NCBI GenBank assembly: GCA_029259155.1
Contig: JAPDJI010000019.1
Location: 1-53,600, forward strand
Length of the DNA: 53,600 nucleotides
Reading direction: 5' to 3'
Origin: Candidatus Methanomethylicia archaeon
Lineage (GTDB): Archaea > Thermoproteota > Methanomethylicia > Nezhaarchaeales > B40-G2
Under the pieces are notes generated by a model. It searched no databases and had not been told where the DNA came from. It was given only the letters and a program-made list of their open reading frames with translations. Positions 49,637 through 53,600 of the stretch are shown in pieces. Both the position numbers and the translations under genes were made by a program. Every line of letters starts with the position of its first letter. Positions within the stretch are counted from its first letter, which is position 1.

Positions 49637-50074
49637 ACGGGTAAGTCTCCTCGAGGCCTCTTCGCTGCGAGGAAGCTTATGGCTAAAAGGCAGAAGTTCA
49701 GGTGGAGTCAGAGCAGCTATAAGAGGAGAATGTTACGCCTAGACGTGAAAGTTGACCCCCTCGAAGGAGCCCCTATGGCTAGAGGCCTCGTCTTAGAGAA
49801 GGTCGGTATTGAGAGTAGACAGCCCAACTCGGCTGTGAGGAAGTGCGTGAGGGTTCAACTTATTAAAAATGGTAAGCAGGTAACTGCTTTTGTCCCGGGT
49901 GACGGAGCTCTAAACTTCATCGATGAGCACGACGAAGTGTTGATAGAGAGGATAGGGGGGCCTCAAGGAAAGGCTTATGGAGACCTACCTGGAGTGAGGT
50001 TTAAGGTTGTATCGGTTAATGGTGTTTCACTTAGGGCTTTGATGTCTGGGAAGAAGACTAAACCCTTAAGATGA
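49637..50074 (+). CDS. rps12: 30S ribosomal protein S12 (uS12); conserved N-terminus starts at a non-canonical ACG codon
   Basis: (ACG)[13 protein letters not shown] precedes the ORF-track ATG 49679; [25 protein letters not shown]. Confidence 0.95.
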   Translation, partial: TGKSPRGLFAARKLMAKRQKFRWSQSSYKRRMLRLDVKVDPLEGAPMARGLVLEKVGIESRQPNSAVRKCVRVQLIKNGKQVTAFVPGDGALNFIDEHDEVLIERIGGPQGKAYGDLPGVRFKVVSVNGVSLRALMSGKKTKPLR

Positions 50075-50077
50075 GCG

Positions 50078-50653
50078 GTGGCGGTTTTGGTGGAGGTGAA
50101 GCTTTTCAATAAATGGTCTATGGAGGGCGTCGAGGTACATGATCCAGGTTTACGCAGATATATCTGCTTAAAGCCTGTCTTTCTTCCTCATACTGAAGGT
50201 AGACATGAACATAAAAGGTTTGGGAAGGCTGAGGTACCTATCGTTGAGAGGCTCATAAACCACTTGATGAAGGTCGGGAAGAACCAAGGCAAGAAACAGC
50301 TAGCTACTAGCATAGTTAAACAGGCTTTTGGGATTATAAGTTTAAAGACCAAGCAGAACCCCGTTCAAGTACTAATTAACGCCATAGAAAATGCGGCTCC
50401 GCGAGAGGAGACCACCCGTATAGCTTACGGAGGCATAGTTTACCACCAGTCGGTTGATGTAGCCCCTCAACGCAGGGTAGATCTAGCTTTAAGGTGGATT
50501 ACCGAAGGGGCTAGGATAGCTTCTTTCGGTAGCCCTAAAAGTATTGAGGAGTGTCTTGCTGAAGAGATAATGCTGGCAGCTGAGGGGAGCTCGAGGAGCT
50601 ACGCGATTAGCCGGAAGGATGAGATGGAAAGAATAGCTATGGCCTCTAGGTGA
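50078..50653 (+). CDS. rps7: 30S ribosomal protein S7
   Basis: [28 protein letters not shown]. Confidence 0.97.
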   Translation: MAVLVEVKLFNKWSMEGVEVHDPGLRRYICLKPVFLPHTEGRHEHKRFGKAEVPIVERLINHLMKVGKNQGKKQLATSIVKQAFGIISLKTKQNPVQVLINAIENAAPREETTRIAYGGIVYHQSVDVAPQRRVDLALRWITEGARIASFGSPKSIEECLAEEIMLAAEGSSRSYAISRKDEMERIAMASR

Positions 50654-50754
50654 GGCCTTTCCTTGACAGTTATGTTGCAGAGGTTAACGGTAAAGGCGTG
50701 AAGCTTAATAGGAGGTCTTCTCGAAACACCTAGCGGCAAGAGGTGTAAGTAAGG

Positions 50755-52062
50755 TTGTCAAGCGCTAAGCCTCACCTGAACCTTGTGGTCATAGGACACG
50801 TAGACCACGGCAAGTCAACACTGACAGGTCACTTGCTGTTCAGGACAGGCCACATAGATGATAGGAAGTTAAAGGAGCTCGAAGAAATAGCCAAGAAAAG
50901 TGGTAAGGAGTTTGCCAAGTATGCATGGATTCTCGACACCTACAAGGAAGAGCGAGAGCGAGATATGACCATCGACCTCTCCTTCTTCAAGTTCGAAACC
51001 AAGAAAAACTTCTTCACCCTCATAGACTGCCCTGGACATAGAGACTTCGTGAAGAATATGGTTACTGGAGCTTCGCAAGCAGACTGCGCTATCCTAGTGA
51101 TATCCGCTAAGAGAGGAGAGTACGAGGCCGGTATAGGCCCTGCAGGGCAGACAAGGGAACACGCCTTCCTGGCTAAGACCATGGGCATTAACCAGCTCGT
51201 TGTGGCGGTCAACAAGATGGATGACCCCACGGTGAACTGGAGCGAAGCTAGGTTTAACGAGGTCAAGGAAGGTACCTTAAAGCTACTTAAGATGATCGGC
51301 TACGATGTATCAAAGATCAATGTAGTACCCGTCTCCGCCTGGTACGGCGACAACCTTGTTGAGAGAAGCAATAATACACCTTGGTATAAAGGACCAACAA
51401 TAGTTGAAGCTCTAGACACCTTCCAACCTCCTCCGAAACCTGTAGATAAACCTCTCCGATTGCCGGTACAGGACGTATACTCGATCACCGGCGTAGGGAC
51501 TGTGCCAGTGGGTAGGGTGGAGACGGGAGTGATAAAGGTTGGAGATACAGTGCTCTTCATGCCCTCCAATAAGAAGGGTGAGGTTAAGTCCATTGAGACG
51601 CATCATACACGTTTGGAGAGGGCTGAGCCAGGAGACAACATAGGCTTTAACGTCCGTGGCTTGGCTAGAACTGATATAAGGAGAGGAGATGTAGCTGGCC
51701 CACCTGACAAACCTCCAACTGTCGTGCAAGAGTTCATCGGTAGGATATTCGTGCTATACCATCCGACCTCCATCGCCGTGGGCTACACGCCTGTGCTTCA
51801 TGTACACACAGCTACGGTGGCTTGCCGCTTTGACGAGATTTTACAGAAGATCGACCCAAGGACAGGCAGCGTGATAGAGGAGAAGCCCAGCTTCATAAAG
51901 CAGGGTGACAGCGCAATAGTTAGGTTCAAGCCTATTCGCCCTGTGGTAATAGAAAAGTACTCAGAGTTTCCACCGCTAGGTCGCTTTGCTATCAGAGATA
52001 TGGGTAGAACCATAGCTGCTGGCATAGTCATAGATTCCACCCCACTTAAGGTGGAGAAATAA
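50755..52062 (+). CDS. tuf: Translation elongation factor EF-1 alpha
   Basis: GHVDHGKST, DCPGHRDF, NKMD, GRFAIRDMG. Confidence 0.98.
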   Translation: MSSAKPHLNLVVIGHVDHGKSTLTGHLLFRTGHIDDRKLKELEEIAKKSGKEFAKYAWILDTYKEERERDMTIDLSFFKFETKKNFFTLIDCPGHRDFVKNMVTGASQADCAILVISAKRGEYEAGIGPAGQTREHAFLAKTMGINQLVVAVNKMDDPTVNWSEARFNEVKEGTLKLLKMIGYDVSKINVVPVSAWYGDNLVERSNNTPWYKGPTIVEALDTFQPPPKPVDKPLRLPVQDVYSITGVGTVPVGRVETGVIKVGDTVLFMPSNKKGEVKSIETHHTRLERAEPGDNIGFNVRGLARTDIRRGDVAGPPDKPPTVVQEFIGRIFVLYHPTSIAVGYTPVLHVHTATVACRFDEILQKIDPRTGSVIEEKPSFIKQGDSAIVRFKPIRPVVIEKYSEFPPLGRFAIRDMGRTIAAGIVIDSTPLKVEK

Positions 52063-52139
52063 TAAACCCCCAGCACTTTTCTTTAGCGAGTGTTTTAAAA
52101 ACCAGTTTAGCTAGGGCTTAGAAGACTAAGGTGGCGTAG

Positions 52140-52448
52140 ATGGTGCGAAAAGCTAGGATAAGGCTTTCAAGCCCTAACCTTAATGACCTTCAGGCAGTAT
52201 GTAGTGAAATAGTAGGTCTAGCTAGAAAGACAGGAGTACATGTCAAGGGCCCTATCCCGCTACCGACTAAAAAAATGGTGATACCGGTTAGGAAGGCTCC
52301 TTCAGGTGAGGGAACTCACACCTTCGATCACTACGAGCTACGCATTCATAAGAGAATTATAGATATAGACGCGGAGGAGAGAGCATTAAGATCACTCATG
52401 AGAATCAGGATGCCAGATACAATACATATAGAGATAGAGTTGGTTTAG
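52140..52448 (+). CDS. rps10: 30S ribosomal protein S10
   Basis: [21 protein letters not shown]. Confidence 0.97.
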   Translation: MVRKARIRLSSPNLNDLQAVCSEIVGLARKTGVHVKGPIPLPTKKMVIPVRKAPSGEGTHTFDHYELRIHKRIIDIDAEERALRSLMRIRMPDTIHIEIELV

Positions 52449-52616
52449 TTAGCGCCTACCTTTACTGATTATCTGTATCTTTGTTCCCTTAGCGTTTAGA
52501 GGGTTGAGGCATTTCGGGCAGCGTCCATTATACTTCTTGGCTATATCCTTAGGCGTTACAAGCTCATCTCCTTTATGTAGGACATGCCCACACTGGCTAC
52601 AGAGCACAATCTCCAA
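52449..52616 (-). CDS. 55-aa Zn-ribbon protein not in the ORF track
   Basis: TTG start after GGAG; MEIVLCSQCGHVLHKGDELVTPKDIAKKYNGRCPKCLNPLNAKGTKIQIISKGRR. Confidence 0.75.
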   Translation of the reverse strand: MEIVLCSQCGHVLHKGDELVTPKDIAKKYNGRCPKCLNPLNAKGTKIQIISKGRR

Positions 52617-52749
52617 CTCCCCCAGCCTCCTTGGAGGGTACTAGAGAGGGTGGTTTGTTAACTTAACGCTTAGAAATCCGATGTTCTTCATCTTTTATCT
52701 CCGGTTCTCGAAGACTTTAAATTGAGGCTTGGGCTGTAAGGTGATTGAC

Positions 52750-53157
52750 ATGTCGTTGTTGCAGTCCATAGTTAGGCGTGTCAAGAAGATTAAGATTCCT
52801 TCACAGCTCTTACCTATCCTGGTGATTATTTGGTGTATAATTTTAGTCAGTGGTTTCCTCTTCTGTGTTATAAACTGGGAGAGTGTGTCTTTTGTTTCTG
52901 CTCAAGCAGCTGCTGCAGGTAGAACCTTCGCCTTTGAGCTGGGTCTAAGCCCGCTTTCCGCCCAGACCTTCTATGAAGCCTTTTTCTTAGCCATAATGTT
53001 TACGTTGACTTTCCTAGGCCTATTAATCGTACATGACAGTGCTTCTAAACCAAGAGATGAGAAGAGCGCCTTAATTGTTTCTTTAATAGGTCTTCTATTA
53101 CTCTTAGCAGGGCTGACAGGCTTCTGGTGGATAGCCTTAAGGGTCTTTGTCTCTTAA
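52750..53157 (+). CDS. OST3/OST6/OSTC(DC2)-like three-TM membrane protein
   Basis: LVSGFLFCVIN...LSAQTFYEAF...LGLLIVHDS...LIGLLLL pattern parallels eukaryotic DC2/OSTC; GGTGAT SD. Confidence 0.55.
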   Translation: MSLLQSIVRRVKKIKIPSQLLPILVIIWCIILVSGFLFCVINWESVSFVSAQAAAAGRTFAFELGLSPLSAQTFYEAFFLAIMFTLTFLGLLIVHDSASKPRDEKSALIVSLIGLLLLLAGLTGFWWIALRVFVS

Positions 53158-53600
53158 TAAGGCCTATCTTTAAAGCCTAGTAAATAAGCAAAGGTGTTAG
53201 TGGCTAGATGTATAGGTGGCGTTATGACTACTAATATCAACACCTTAACTGGACTTAAAGTTTCCCCCAAGATGTAAGCAAGTATGAGAGCTCCTACAAG
53301 GAAATCCAGCTGATCTAGGACGGGTATTGGATGGCCTGGCTCAATACCTGCCCTACGTTTAATGAAGGACCCTGCTAGGTCACCTATCATAGCGCCTACG
53401 CTCAAGGCTAAGCCTAGTAAAGGCTTGGAGATCAAAGCCCCAGTAAAGGTACCTAGGGTAATTCCAAAAGCAAACCCCTCCCAACTCTTGGTATCGCCAA
53501 GTATTCTTTTCCCATCGGACATGGATAAGCCAAAGTCCATTGGATGGCGTACCCTCATCCAAGGTGTTAATAGGAGAGGAGCGGCATTAGCTACGTAAGC
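53154..53600 (-). CDS. carS: CDP-archaeol synthase (runs off the right edge)
   Basis: AYVANAAP...PMDFG..DGKRILGDTKSWEG, GDLAGSFIKRR, PVLDQLDF. Confidence 0.92.
   Translation of the reverse strand, partial: AYVANAAPLLLTPWMRVRHPMDFGLSMSDGKRILGDTKSWEGFAFGITLGTFTGALISKPLLGLALSVGAMIGDLAGSFIKRRAGIEPGHPIPVLDQLDFLVGALILAYILGETLSPVKVLILVVITPPIHLATNTFAYLLGFKDRPY

Noticed and set aside
50654-50754. Absence of EF-2 between rps7 and EF-1 alpha
   Set aside because: Usual arrangement in crenarchaeal-type genomes
1-53600. CRISPR arrays, rRNA, IS elements, inteins in RNA polymerase genes, and the many short antisense ORFs in the track
   Set aside because: No regularly spaced repeats, rRNA or transposase motifs seen; polymerase subunits have normal lengths; antisense ORFs are shadows of real genes

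Overview
Archaeal chromosomal window, most consistent with an anaerobic TACK/Thermoproteota-type lineage. Support: unsplit rpoB in a rpoH-B-A'-A''-L30e-nusA-S12-S7-EF1a-S10 locus without EF-2, a crenactin/arcadin cluster, and tRNA introns at non-canonical positions. It holds about 45 protein genes and 9 tRNA genes. Five tRNAs carry six BHB/BHL introns, and tRNA-Leu(CAA) has two introns around a 7-nt anticodon exon. Main leads: (1) an eroded integrative element at tRNA-Glu(CTC) (degenerate att copy plus frameshifted tyrosine integrase) whose intact cargo is an unannotated 55-aa peptide, a radical SAM/SPASM-like enzyme, a membrane protein and a membrane-anchored FmdE-type protein, with both promoters carrying the same NikR-like operator (candidate metal-regulated RiPP/metal-uptake system); (2) an AT-rich nucleoside-deoxyribosyltransferase-like + HTH + LAGLIDADG fusion gene next to tRNA-Glu(TTC); (3) ACG codons at the expected initiator position behind GGTGA Shine-Dalgarno motifs in rps12, dfx and mtaB; (4) related introns in two different tRNA genes; (5) eukaryote-like ribophorin I and OSTC/DC2 homologs plus the actin-family arcade cluster; (6) a circularly permuted oligopeptide-binding protein. 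All assignments come from motif recognition by eye; no searches were run.
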